Program-made: the position numbers and the translations under genes
Assembly: GCA_034435875.1 (NCBI GenBank)
Contig: DAOTWL010000023.1
Span: 1 to 57,402 of the forward strand
DNA length: 57,402 nucleotides
Source of the DNA: Anaerolineae bacterium
Lineage (GTDB): Bacteria > Chloroflexota > Anaerolineae > B4-G1 > DUEL01
Direction of reading: 5' to 3'
The notes under the pieces: model-generated
Databases searched by the model: none
What the model was told of the DNA's origin: nothing
What the model saw: only the letters and a program-made list of their open reading frames with translations
Shown: positions 48,367-56,491 of the stretch, one piece after another
How positions within the stretch are numbered: the stretch's first letter is position 1
How the letters are laid out: each line of letters begins with the position of its first letter

Positions 48367-49259
48367 AGGCGGCGTGGCGGAACTGGCTCATCCGACACGG
48401 CGGCCGGGCGGGTATCTACCTGGCCCTGCTGGCCGTCAGCGCGTTCTACCTCCTCCCCGTCTACGTGCTGGTAGTGACCAGCCTGAAGCCCTATGCCGAG
48501 GCCAATCTGGCCGGGATGTGGCATCTCCCCTCCGCCCCCAGCCTGGAGAGTTTCCTGCGCGCTTTTGAGCAATTACGGCCCCACTTTCGCAACAGTTTTT
48601 ACCTGACTATCCCGGCGACGCTGCTCTCGTCGCTCCTGGGTTCGGTCAACGGGTACGTTCTCTCCAAGTGGCGCTTCCGGGGGTCGGAAGTCCTCTTCCC
48701 CATCATGCTGTTCGGGATGTTCATCCCGTACCAGAGCATCCTCATCCCTCTGGTACAGGTCCTGCAGAGGGTCAACGCGGCCGCGGACGCGCTGCACATC
48801 CCGACCGCGCTGCGGTGGCTGGTGCCGGGGTACGGTTCCATCACCGGCCTGGCCTTCGTCCACATCGTCTACGGTATCCCCATCACCACGCTGATTTTCC
48901 GCAACTATTACGCGACGGTCCCCAACGAACTGGTGGAAGCCGCCAAAATTGACGGCGCCAACATCTTCAAAGTCTATCGCTGGGTCCTCTTCCCTCTCTC
49001 CATGCCGGCCTTCGCGGTGGTGATGATCTGGCAGTTCACCTCCATCTGGAACGAGTTTCTCTTCGCCGTCATCCTCACCCAGAACCCGGCCATCCGCCCG
49101 GTGACGGTGGCCCTCTACAACCTGGCGGGAAGTTACATCGTGGAGTGGAACGTCCAGATGGCCGGGGCACTCCTGGCCGCGCTGCCGACCCTGCTGGTCT
49201 ACATTTTCCTGGGGCGCTTCTTTATGCGGGGGCTCCTGGCCGGGGCGCTGAAGGGGTGA
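48363..49259 (+). CDS. sugar ABC transporter permease (MalG/UgpE-like)
   Basis: ATGA overlap with the preceding gene. ELVEAAKIDGANIFKVYRWVLFPLSMP. Confidence 0.88.
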   Translation: MKAAWRNWLIRHGGRAGIYLALLAVSAFYLLPVYVLVVTSLKPYAEANLAGMWHLPSAPSLESFLRAFEQLRPHFRNSFYLTIPATLLSSLLGSVNGYVLSKWRFRGSEVLFPIMLFGMFIPYQSILIPLVQVLQRVNAAADALHIPTALRWLVPGYGSITGLAFVHIVYGIPITTLIFRNYYATVPNELVEAAKIDGANIFKVYRWVLFPLSMPAFAVVMIWQFTSIWNEFLFAVILTQNPAIRPVTVALYNLAGSYIVEWNVQMAGALLAALPTLLVYIFLGRFFMRGLLAGALKG

Positions 49260-49266
49260 TCTCTGC

Positions 49267-50391
49267 ATGCTGGTCCTTCCACTCCGCTGGCTCCTCTTCG
49301 GTCTGTTTCTGACCGTTGCCGCAGCCATCCTCCTGGCCCTCTGGCTGGACCGCCGCCGCGCCGGGCGGCGCGCGGCGGAGACCTTCGCCGACGCCACCCT
49401 CCACGCCGTCCTGGAGCACGCCCCCTTCGGCTGGGTCGTCCTGGAGAGCGCAGAACGGTACGTCTACGCCAACGAGTACGCCCGCCATCTGCTGGACCTG
49501 AAGGCCCCCGCCGGCCCCGTCCCGGCCGTGGAATGGGGATTCCACCTGGACGACGACCGCGCCGACGTCCGGCGGGGCCGGGCTCCTGAGGGCCGCTACC
49601 GCGTCCTCCGCCTCCCCTCCGGCCGGGCCGTCCGCTGGTGGCTGATGTCCGGCCGACGGTGGGACTATCTCTTCCTGCTGGACGTCACTTCCCAGTACGA
49701 GGCCGAAGAGGCCCGTACCCAACTCTTCGCCGGCCTCTCCCACGAACTGCGCACCCCGGTGGGCGCCATCCTCACCCATCTGGAAGTCCTCCGCCTGCCC
49801 GACATCCCCGAAGCGACCAAAGCCCAATCCCTGCAACTGCTGCGGGCGGAGACCCGGCGGCTGGCCCGCATGGTCCATCTGATGCTGGAACTGGGCCGCC
49901 TGGAGACCTCCCCGGAGATAGACCGACGCCCGATAGACCTGGTGGACCTGGTGGAGCGGGCCATATCCACCCTGGCCTCCCCGTCAGAAGAACGGGGCAT
50001 CCGCTTCTCCCTGGAAGCCGATTCTCCTCTCCCCACCGTCTGGGGGGACCCAGACCGGCTGATGCAGGTCTTCCTGAACCTGCTGGATAACGTCCTCAAA
50101 CACTGCCGTCCGGGCGACCGCGCCACCGTCCTCCTCCGGCGGACGGGGGACGGCGTCCTCTGTGTGATTCGGGACACCGGACCGGGCATTCCGGCGGAAC
50201 ATTTGCCGCACCTCACCCGTCGTTTCTATCGGGCGGCGAAGCAGGAGGTAGAAGGGAGCGGGCTGGGCCTGGCGCTGGTGGAGGAGATTCTCCGCCGCCA
50301 CGGGAGCCGCCTGGAGATTTCCAGCCAAACCGAGGGAGAGACCGGGACATGCGTACAATTCGTCCTGCCGACCATGCCTTCCAGATTGTGA
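49267..50391 (+). CDS. sensor histidine kinase (HisKA plus HATPase_c)
   Basis: N-terminal TM segment. H-box FAGLSHELRTPVGAI. NLLDNVLKH, DTGPGIP, GSGLGLALV. Confidence 0.88.
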   Translation: MLVLPLRWLLFGLFLTVAAAILLALWLDRRRAGRRAAETFADATLHAVLEHAPFGWVVLESAERYVYANEYARHLLDLKAPAGPVPAVEWGFHLDDDRADVRRGRAPEGRYRVLRLPSGRAVRWWLMSGRRWDYLFLLDVTSQYEAEEARTQLFAGLSHELRTPVGAILTHLEVLRLPDIPEATKAQSLQLLRAETRRLARMVHLMLELGRLETSPEIDRRPIDLVDLVERAISTLASPSEERGIRFSLEADSPLPTVWGDPDRLMQVFLNLLDNVLKHCRPGDRATVLLRRTGDGVLCVIRDTGPGIPAEHLPHLTRRFYRAAKQEVEGSGLGLALVEEILRRHGSRLEISSQTEGETGTCVQFVLPTMPSRL

Positions 50392-51848
50392 CCCCCTTCC
50401 TTCGTCGCTGGGGGTGGCTTCTGGGGTTGCTGTTGGCGCTTCTGGCCTGCGCGCTGATTCCCGTCCCCGGCTACGTCATCATTGCGCCGGGAGGGAACAC
50501 CCCCCTCATCCCTGTCGCGCTGGGCCCGCAGATGCGGCTGGACCCGCCCTTCGCCCGCCCCGGCGACGAAGTCCGCCTCCACGTCACCGACCGTACCCCC
50601 TGGACCCACGTCCTTCTGGCCGTGAACGGCGTCGCCCTCCACCCGGAGTCCTGGGAATCCGGCCCGGGCGGACAGTGGACCTGGACGTTCCACCTGGCCC
50701 TCCCCACCGGCCCGTCGGAAATCGTCTTCTACCACAGTTGCGACACCGGCTGTCGGGAGCGGGGACGGATGATGCTGGGCGAGCCGCCGTCTCCCTCCTC
50801 CGCCCCGCTGCCCACCAAACTGGGGCTGGTCTTCCCCCACCCGGACCGGGACTGGCACGGGCGCAGCGGCTGGGCGGTGGAGGTCACCTACGTCCGGCGG
50901 GCCCAGGAGCCCGGCTGGGGGGTAGACGACCTGGCCGCGAAGGTGTACCGGCATCGGGCGAAGGGGTTGCGGGTGCTGGTGCGGGTGGACTACGACTACA
51001 ACCAGTCCATCCCGCCGACCGGCGACTATCTGGCCCTGGCGGAGTATCTGGACTACCTGGCGCGCCTGGCCCGGGACGACCGTCTCCGGGAAGTCTACGG
51101 CTACGTCCTGGGGAGCAGTTACAACGGCCTGGACCAGAACGCGCTGGCCCCCGACCGTCCGGTGACCCCGGAGTGGTATGCCCGGGTCTTCAACGGCTAC
51201 GGCGAACCCGTCCACCACACCGACAACGCCGTCCAGGTGATGCGGGCCGAAAATCCCCACGTCCGGGTGCTGGTGGGACCGGTCCGGCCCTGGAACACCG
51301 ACCAGGACGGCCTCCACAAGTACCGCGTGGATGCGCCCTGGCTCAACTACATGAACACCCTGGTGCGCGAGGTGGACGAATCGGCCCGGGCGAAGGCCGC
51401 CGCTGGGATCCCCCTGGCCGCCCCGGACGGCTTTGCCGTCCAGGCTCCAGGCCGCCCGGATGCCCCTGAACTGGGCGGGTCCGGCTCCGCAGAGCCTCAG
51501 ACCGACCTCCGGCGGCCGGAATGGAAGGGCGCCCAGGCCGGCTTCCGCGTCTATCGGGAGTGGCTGGACATCATCAACGCCTACCCGTCCACGCGGGGGC
51601 TCCCCGTCTACATCACCTCGGCCAACACCTTCATTCCGGCGGTGGGCGTCCCTCCGGCCCAGAATTATCCCCGGGGCTGGCTCCGTTCGGCCTTGGCGGT
51701 GGTGAACGGCGAGCCTCAGATTCAGGCCCTCTGCTGGTTTCTGGACGACCTGCCCGGGGACACCCAGTGGGAGAACTTCAGCCTGACCCGCCGTCGGGGC
51801 CGCCTGGTGGACGCGGCGGAGGAGTTTGAGGAACTGCTGAAAAGATAG
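50349..51848 (+). CDS. membrane-anchored hypothetical protein, possibly with a glycoside-hydrolase-like TIM-barrel domain
   Basis: TM segment WGWLLGLLLALLACALI, an Ig-like segment, then alternating beta/alpha pattern (GLRVLVRVDYDYNQ, YVLGSSYNG, RVLVGPVRPWN, PVYITSANTF). An in-frame GTG at 50388 gives a GTGA overlap with the kinase stop. Confidence 0.5.
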   Translation: MRTIRPADHAFQIVTPFLRRWGWLLGLLLALLACALIPVPGYVIIAPGGNTPLIPVALGPQMRLDPPFARPGDEVRLHVTDRTPWTHVLLAVNGVALHPESWESGPGGQWTWTFHLALPTGPSEIVFYHSCDTGCRERGRMMLGEPPSPSSAPLPTKLGLVFPHPDRDWHGRSGWAVEVTYVRRAQEPGWGVDDLAAKVYRHRAKGLRVLVRVDYDYNQSIPPTGDYLALAEYLDYLARLARDDRLREVYGYVLGSSYNGLDQNALAPDRPVTPEWYARVFNGYGEPVHHTDNAVQVMRAENPHVRVLVGPVRPWNTDQDGLHKYRVDAPWLNYMNTLVREVDESARAKAAAGIPLAAPDGFAVQAPGRPDAPELGGSGSAEPQTDLRRPEWKGAQAGFRVYREWLDIINAYPSTRGLPVYITSANTFIPAVGVPPAQNYPRGWLRSALAVVNGEPQIQALCWFLDDLPGDTQWENFSLTRRRGRLVDAAEEFEELLKR

Positions 51849-51988
51849 CAGGAAGCAGGAAGTAGGGAGCAGGAAGTAGGAAGTAGGAAGGAAAGATGCA
51901 AGACCTTTTTCCCATCCTGCGTCCTGCATCCTCCGTCCTGCATCCTGCGTCCTGCATCCTGCGTCCTGCATCCATCCCGCATCTTGCG
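51848..51988. repeat. two opposed heptamer-repeat blocks forming a long imperfect hairpin
   Basis: (GCAGGAA/GTAGGAA)x6 at 51848-51889 and (CATCCTG/CGTCCTG)x8-10 at 51912-51988. Each arm unit pairs with its opposite unit at 6 of 7 positions. Confidence 0.9.
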
Positions 51989-51990
51989 CC

Positions 51991-52614
51991 ATGAAGATCC
52001 GGGTTCTGCTGGCCGATGACCATCCCACCCTGCGGCTGGGGCTGCGGGTCCTGCTGGACCGGGAGCCGGATATAGAAGTGGTGGCCGAGGCCGAAAGTGG
52101 GGAGGAGGCCCTGGCGAAGATTCTGGCCCTTCAGCCCGAGGTGGCGGTGCTGGATTGCCAGTTGCCGGGCCTTTCGGGGCCGGCGGTGGCCCGGGAGCTC
52201 CAACGGCGGGGCCTGCCGGTACGGATACTGGCCCTCAGCGCGTACCGGTATGAACACTACATCTGGGGGATGCTGGAGGCCGGGGCGGTGGGCTACCTCC
52301 TAAAGGAGGAGGCACCGGAGGCCATAGTGGCCACCATCCGGTCGGCCGTGCAGGGCGGGATGTACTTCAGCCCCGGTGTAGCGGACCTGGTAAAGGCCCT
52401 GCTGGAAGGCAGAGGCCCGGTGCAGCTGACGAAGCGGGAGCGGGAGGTGTTACGGCTGATGGCGGAGGGGCTGAGCAACAAAGAGATTGCCGTCCGGCTG
52501 GGGGTTTCCGAGCGCACGGCGGCCTTCCACGTGAGCAACGTCCTCCAGAAACTGGGTGCGGCCTCCCGGACCGAGGCGGTGGTGAGGGCGAAGGAGCGGG
52601 GGATGATCGGGTGA
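51991..52614 (+). CDS. NarL/FixJ-family response regulator (REC plus LuxR-type HTH)
   Basis: [20 protein letters not shown] receiver domain. [44 protein letters not shown]. Confidence 0.92.
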   Translation: MKIRVLLADDHPTLRLGLRVLLDREPDIEVVAEAESGEEALAKILALQPEVAVLDCQLPGLSGPAVARELQRRGLPVRILALSAYRYEHYIWGMLEAGAVGYLLKEEAPEAIVATIRSAVQGGMYFSPGVADLVKALLEGRGPVQLTKREREVLRLMAEGLSNKEIAVRLGVSERTAAFHVSNVLQKLGAASRTEAVVRAKERGMIG

Positions 52615-52623
52615 GGGGGCCAT

Positions 52624-52694
52624 ACCTGTCAATTCTTACAGGTCGCGACCTGTAAGAATTTACAGTAGACAGCGGGCACAGGATGGGTTATACT
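52624..52694 (+). promoter_or_regulatory. copy 1 of the lux-box-like dyads plus conserved promoter cassette
   Basis: ACCTGTCAATTCTTACAGGT (52624-43) and ACCTGTAAGAATTTACAGTA (52648-67). TAGACA (52666-71), 17 nt, TATACT (52689-94). AGGAGG at 52729 and ATG at 52741. Confidence 0.6.
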
Positions 52695-52740
52695 GGAGAT
52701 GCCACCGGTGGAAGGCTGGTGAATAAGCAGGAGGTGCACA

Positions 52741-54303
52741 ATGCACAGGATCAGGCTTCCCTTGGCATTCACTTTGGCCATCACGGCCATGTGGCTCATG
52801 GCTATGATTGCCTACGCAGTGGATCACGGCAGCTGGCCGCAGCGATCGGTGTCTATGCTGACGGCCCAAAGCCCGAAAACGCCGCGTCCCCTCACGTTGA
52901 AGGAAGCCTATCAGTTGCTGCAGGCTCATGTTAGAAAGCTTCCCGAGGAGGCCGTCATCACCGCGCTTCAGAGCGTTGATGTGCCCGGAGACACGGCCGA
53001 TGCCGGCCAGGACGGCCGCCGTAGGGGATGGTTGGGAACGCTTCGGATCCCTGAAGCACAGATCATTGTCCGGGTGGTCGACGGAAGCCTGGTAGACTCG
53101 GTGACGCAACTCCTATCTATAGCATCCCCCGCCCTCCCCGCACCCCTCGTGGATTCACCCGAGGCGCTGCATCGGGTTCGATCTACCGATCCAAACTTCG
53201 GCCCTGCGGAGGACGCGAAAGGCCGGGGCTTCCACTTTCTCCTGAGCGCAGATGAGTCAGGATCGGCTCGCATAGAAGTTGTAGGAGCGATCGGAACACG
53301 GCGAAGCAAAGTCCTGGTGGATGCTCAATCCGGCCGCATCCTCGCCACTCAATCTTACACATGGGGCAAGGAGGGAGGCATCCTGTACTCTGCGGATGGG
53401 GGACGAACCTGGCATACCAGCACCCTGCGTGGGCGGATGGTCAAGGCCATCGCCACGGACCCCCTGGATGACCACGTGGGTTACGCCGTCGCTCCGGATA
53501 CAGCGGGTATCCTTCTTTTCCGTACCCAAGACAGCGGCAGGAGTTGGGAGGAATGGGGCCATTTGCCCTTGGATGCCGGGGATTGGCCTTTTGACATCGT
53601 GGTGATCCGAAACGGCGAAGGACACCGAACCTGGTTTCTTGGAACCTGGACCGGCGTTTGGCAATCCCCGGATGGGCGATCCTGGACCCATATGGCCAGT
53701 GGGCCGACCGGACCAATCCAGTGGCTCGCCCGGCTGAAATCGGGAAGCGGGGATCGGGTGCTGGCCAGCATGACGGCCGGTCCGAATCGCGGGCTCTATA
53801 TCTGGGACGGCCGGCAGTGGAGATGGGCCGCCCGTGGTCGTTATCGGCTCTCCCCTTCATCCGACGAAAGCAGCGTGCTGGCCCTCAATGAGGAGTCCCC
53901 CCGCCAGGCACTGCTTATATCTATAGGAGCAGAACTGCCGATGCACGTACCTGCTCCCATCCTGGATGCCGCCGGAAACTTCCAGCAGGAGAATCGGTGG
54001 CTCGTTCGCTCTCCGATGGGCGGCGTCGGGCTATATCAGAAGGACAAAGGGACTATCAAATGGACATTACCCGGGCCCATCGCCAGCCTTTCCCTCTCCC
54101 CTGCCTTCCCAACCGATGGAGTAGTGCTGGCCGGCGGGTTTCGCAGCGGGATCTTCCGCAGCACGGATGGTGGTCAGCATTGGGAACAGGTGTTGGCGCA
54201 GCCCTCCACCGTGATCCCTGGAAGCGACGAAATCTACGAGATTGTCTTCCTTTCCCCAACTAATGTGCTGGCTATTCAAGGAGGGAGGACAACATGGCAA
54301 TGA
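52741..54303 (+). CDS. secreted or membrane-anchored BNR/sialidase-like beta-propeller protein
   Basis: N-terminal hydrophobic segment. BNR-type repeats SADGGRTW, TQDSGRSW, SPDGRSW and STDGGQHW. Confidence 0.7.
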   Translation: MHRIRLPLAFTLAITAMWLMAMIAYAVDHGSWPQRSVSMLTAQSPKTPRPLTLKEAYQLLQAHVRKLPEEAVITALQSVDVPGDTADAGQDGRRRGWLGTLRIPEAQIIVRVVDGSLVDSVTQLLSIASPALPAPLVDSPEALHRVRSTDPNFGPAEDAKGRGFHFLLSADESGSARIEVVGAIGTRRSKVLVDAQSGRILATQSYTWGKEGGILYSADGGRTWHTSTLRGRMVKAIATDPLDDHVGYAVAPDTAGILLFRTQDSGRSWEEWGHLPLDAGDWPFDIVVIRNGEGHRTWFLGTWTGVWQSPDGRSWTHMASGPTGPIQWLARLKSGSGDRVLASMTAGPNRGLYIWDGRQWRWAARGRYRLSPSSDESSVLALNEESPRQALLISIGAELPMHVPAPILDAAGNFQQENRWLVRSPMGGVGLYQKDKGTIKWTLPGPIASLSLSPAFPTDGVVLAGGFRSGIFRSTDGGQHWEQVLAQPSTVIPGSDEIYEIVFLSPTNVLAIQGGRTTWQ

Positions 54304-54821
54304 TCTGGAAGAACCCAGTGAGGCGCATCCTTCTGATCCTCGGCACGGCAGCGGCTTTCGGAGTGCTGAGCTCCATCGCCATCCCGGTCTGGGCTGGACA
54401 TTATGCGGGATGGTTTACCGGCTACGCCATGGGCAATCGCTATGGAGGAGCCGGGGTGGAGCTCCGACAAGGCCATTTCGCCAATCACTATTATCGCTGG
54501 TGTCCGAACGATCCGGCAGCCTGGTGGACCTGGGGGACTCGCATTGACACGGATAGCCCCATTCGTCAGAGCACTCAATCCGGGGGGAGCATTTACTATA
54601 GCACCTTCTACCTGGAGGACGTGGGGGATCCCAGCTGTTCCATGGGAAATTACTGGGTGGACATCTACTTTGGACGCTGGGAGAACAGACCGCCTTCGGA
54701 TCCGAATTACTGCTACTGCTCCGGAGTGCCCAGCCCCGGATTCTGCTATGCTGCAAGCGCAAATTCCTGTTCTGACGCCATAAACTTTGGCCGGCAGTAC
54801 CGGGGATATACAGGGCCGTAG
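54294..54821 (+). CDS. secreted Cys-rich protein, 3D/DPBB-like domain
   Basis: Signal peptide ILLILGTAAAFGVLSSIAIPVWA. YLEDVGDPSCSMGNYWVDIYFG resembles the 3D-domain Asp motif. The alternative ATG 54300 gives an ATGA overlap. Confidence 0.5.
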   Translation: MAMIWKNPVRRILLILGTAAAFGVLSSIAIPVWAGHYAGWFTGYAMGNRYGGAGVELRQGHFANHYYRWCPNDPAAWWTWGTRIDTDSPIRQSTQSGGSIYYSTFYLEDVGDPSCSMGNYWVDIYFGRWENRPPSDPNYCYCSGVPSPGFCYAASANSCSDAINFGRQYRGYTGP

Positions 54822-54897
54822 GGGCTAGAGGTAGCGGCCGGACGCTGCAGAAGCGTCTGGCCGCTACGTCCCAGGCTCGTTAAACCGATCGTCTGTT

Positions 54898-55689
54898 ATG
54901 AGGGAAAGCACGATGTACCGCTCACTGCGGATATTCGTCAACGTCCTGCTTAGTTTATGGCTTTTTGCCTGTACGTTGCAGGCTACTCAGGTGCCCTCTC
55001 CGACCCAGACGTCCTTACCCCCTTCACCGACGGTAGGACTTCCCCAACCTTCTCCTACTTTGGCCAAGACATCCTTAACTCCCTCTCCCGCTGTGGGAAC
55101 ACCCGATTGGTATTCGCTGTTGCCGCCCATCCCGGAACCTGCTCCAACCCCTGAGCAACTTTGGCCCTCCATTCCCCCACCCACCCCGGAGCCTCGGCAA
55201 ATCCTGGGCGGTGGAACCATCGACGATGGGCCCTTCACCTTCACCCTTTGGGTAATCCGAGACCCAGCCTTCAGCCACAACCCTGCGACCCCCTCGTTAT
55301 ACAGCGACATCGAGGGCATGGGAATCCACGGGATGTGGGTGTACAACGCAAAAGAGACCCTCATTGGGCCTGTTGATGAATACTGGGGGCTTCCCTTTCC
55401 CAAAGACCTGTCCTTGGTCCTCCCTGGCGGATATGCTCGCCCGCTCCCCACGATGGAACACCCACTGCTGGAGCCGGGTTGGGGCGGCGGGGGAGAGCGC
55501 GGAATTTTTATATCCCCTCGGAGTCGTTCCACGGGTTTAGTGAAAGTGGGCTTTTTCCTGATCACCCCGAAAGGCCCCTATGGGGCCTGTATTCAATTCA
55601 AGCTCACGCCGGACCTCAAAAGTATCGATCCTGCGACCATCACTCTGGATCATCTGCCGTGCGGCGAATTCGCTGCTTCAGCCCCTTAA
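54898..55689 (+). CDS. hypothetical lipoprotein with a Pro/Ser/Thr-rich linker
   Basis: Lipobox LWLFAC and low-complexity PSPT linker. No recognisable domain. Confidence 0.55.
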   Translation: MRESTMYRSLRIFVNVLLSLWLFACTLQATQVPSPTQTSLPPSPTVGLPQPSPTLAKTSLTPSPAVGTPDWYSLLPPIPEPAPTPEQLWPSIPPPTPEPRQILGGGTIDDGPFTFTLWVIRDPAFSHNPATPSLYSDIEGMGIHGMWVYNAKETLIGPVDEYWGLPFPKDLSLVLPGGYARPLPTMEHPLLEPGWGGGGERGIFISPRSRSTGLVKVGFFLITPKGPYGACIQFKLTPDLKSIDPATITLDHLPCGEFAASAP

Positions 55690-55700
55690 TACCGCGCCGG

Positions 55701-55910
55701 GAGCTCACAGCCCGCTGGAGCCAGTGGACGGAGCGGGAACGGGAGATGTTGCGGTGGATGGCCCAGGGGTTGAGCAACCAGGAGACCGCCCGGGAGCTCG
55801 GCCTGGCCGTCCGGACGGTGGATTTTCACGTGGGGAACGTCCTGCAGAAGTGGGGAGTGATCTCGCGGCTGGAAGCGGTGCTCTGGGCAAAGGCGCACGG
55901 GTTCCTGTGA
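55701..55910 (+). pseudogene. LuxR-type HTH remnant (no receiver or ligand domain)
   Basis: ELTARWSQWTEREREMLRWMAQGLSNQETARELGLAVRTVDFHVGNVLQKWGVISRLEAVLWAKAHGFL aligns with the C-terminus of the 51991-52614 protein. Its upstream part overlaps the lipoprotein gene in another frame. Confidence 0.55.
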
Positions 55911-55980
55911 CCTGTAGGTTCCTACAGGTCCGAACCCGGTAATTTTCACAGTAGACAGCGGCCACAGGATGGGTTATACT
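55910..55980 (+). promoter_or_regulatory. copy 2 of the lux-box-like dyad plus conserved promoter cassette
   Basis: ACCTGTAGGTTCCTACAGGT (55910-29, 9-bp perfect arms). TAGACA (55952-57), 17 nt, TATACT (55975-80). 55948-56006 differs from 52662-52720 at only 2 positions. Confidence 0.6.
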
Positions 55981-56029
55981 GGAGATGCCACCGGCGGAAG
56001 GCTGGGGGGAGTATCACAAGCCATAGGAG

Positions 56030-56420
56030 GTAAGGAACTGTCTTCCACCAGCGGGCAAGCCAAATAGAAATCCAGCAGGCCACCGCCACCAGGGGCGTCC
56101 AGGTATCCCCGGCCTCTGCCCGCTGGAAACGAGGCCAGCCTAATTCCTCCTTGCGGAAACGGAGGGGTGGCTCTACCGGCCCGCGGTGGACGTAAGCCTC
56201 CCAGATGGTTTGGGCTGTTACCGTGATCCCAGAGGGCCCGATGGCCGGGGGCAACCAGGCCAGCCAGAGTGGCTCAGGAGGCTGGGAACGCTCCTGATGA
56301 ATGCCGGCGCGAACCACGTCGTGGGCCAGATCACCGGCTCGGCGCTCAAGCAGGCCCTTCTAGCGTTCCAGGCGCACCCGACCATAGGCTTCGTCTTCTT
56401 TCCGGAACAATGACGAAGGG
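56030..56420 (-). pseudogene. DDE transposase C-terminal remnant (IS701/IS4-like)
   Basis: ..VRLER*KGLLERRAGDLAHDVVRAGIHQ..TIWEAYVHRGPVEPPLRFRKEELGWPRFQRAEAGDTWTPLVAVACWISIWLARW. In-frame TAG at 56360-56362. The N-terminal two-thirds is missing. Confidence 0.45.
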
Positions 56421-56459
56421 GCGTTAACGCTGACGACCACGGTGACCCCAGAGTGTACC

Positions 56460-56491
56460 GGCCCGGAGACAAAATCTCCGGGCCGTTTTTT
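56460..56491 (+). terminator. intrinsic-terminator-like hairpin with T-run
   Basis: GGCCCGGAGA-caaaa-TCTCCGGGCC-g-TTTTTT, adjacent to the 3' end of the DedA gene. Confidence 0.55.

Noticed and set aside
52624-52720. Interpreting the repeated ~70-nt cassette simply as solo terminal inverted repeats of the IS whose remnant lies at 56030-56420.
   Set aside because: This is not fully rejected and is kept as the main alternative. It is disfavoured for three reasons. First, copy 1 is followed at proper spacing by an RBS and a gene start. Second, the TAGACA-17-TATACT spacing is preserved in all three copies. Third, two copies lie directly after LuxR-HTH genes. Resolving it requires an intact IS copy for comparison.
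55946-56317. The 123-aa minus-strand ORF considered as an intact gene.
   Set aside because: Its M is a GTG within a longer transposase-like reading that is broken by TAG at 56360-56362. Only the C-terminal ~130 aa of a DDE transposase are represented. It is treated as a remnant.
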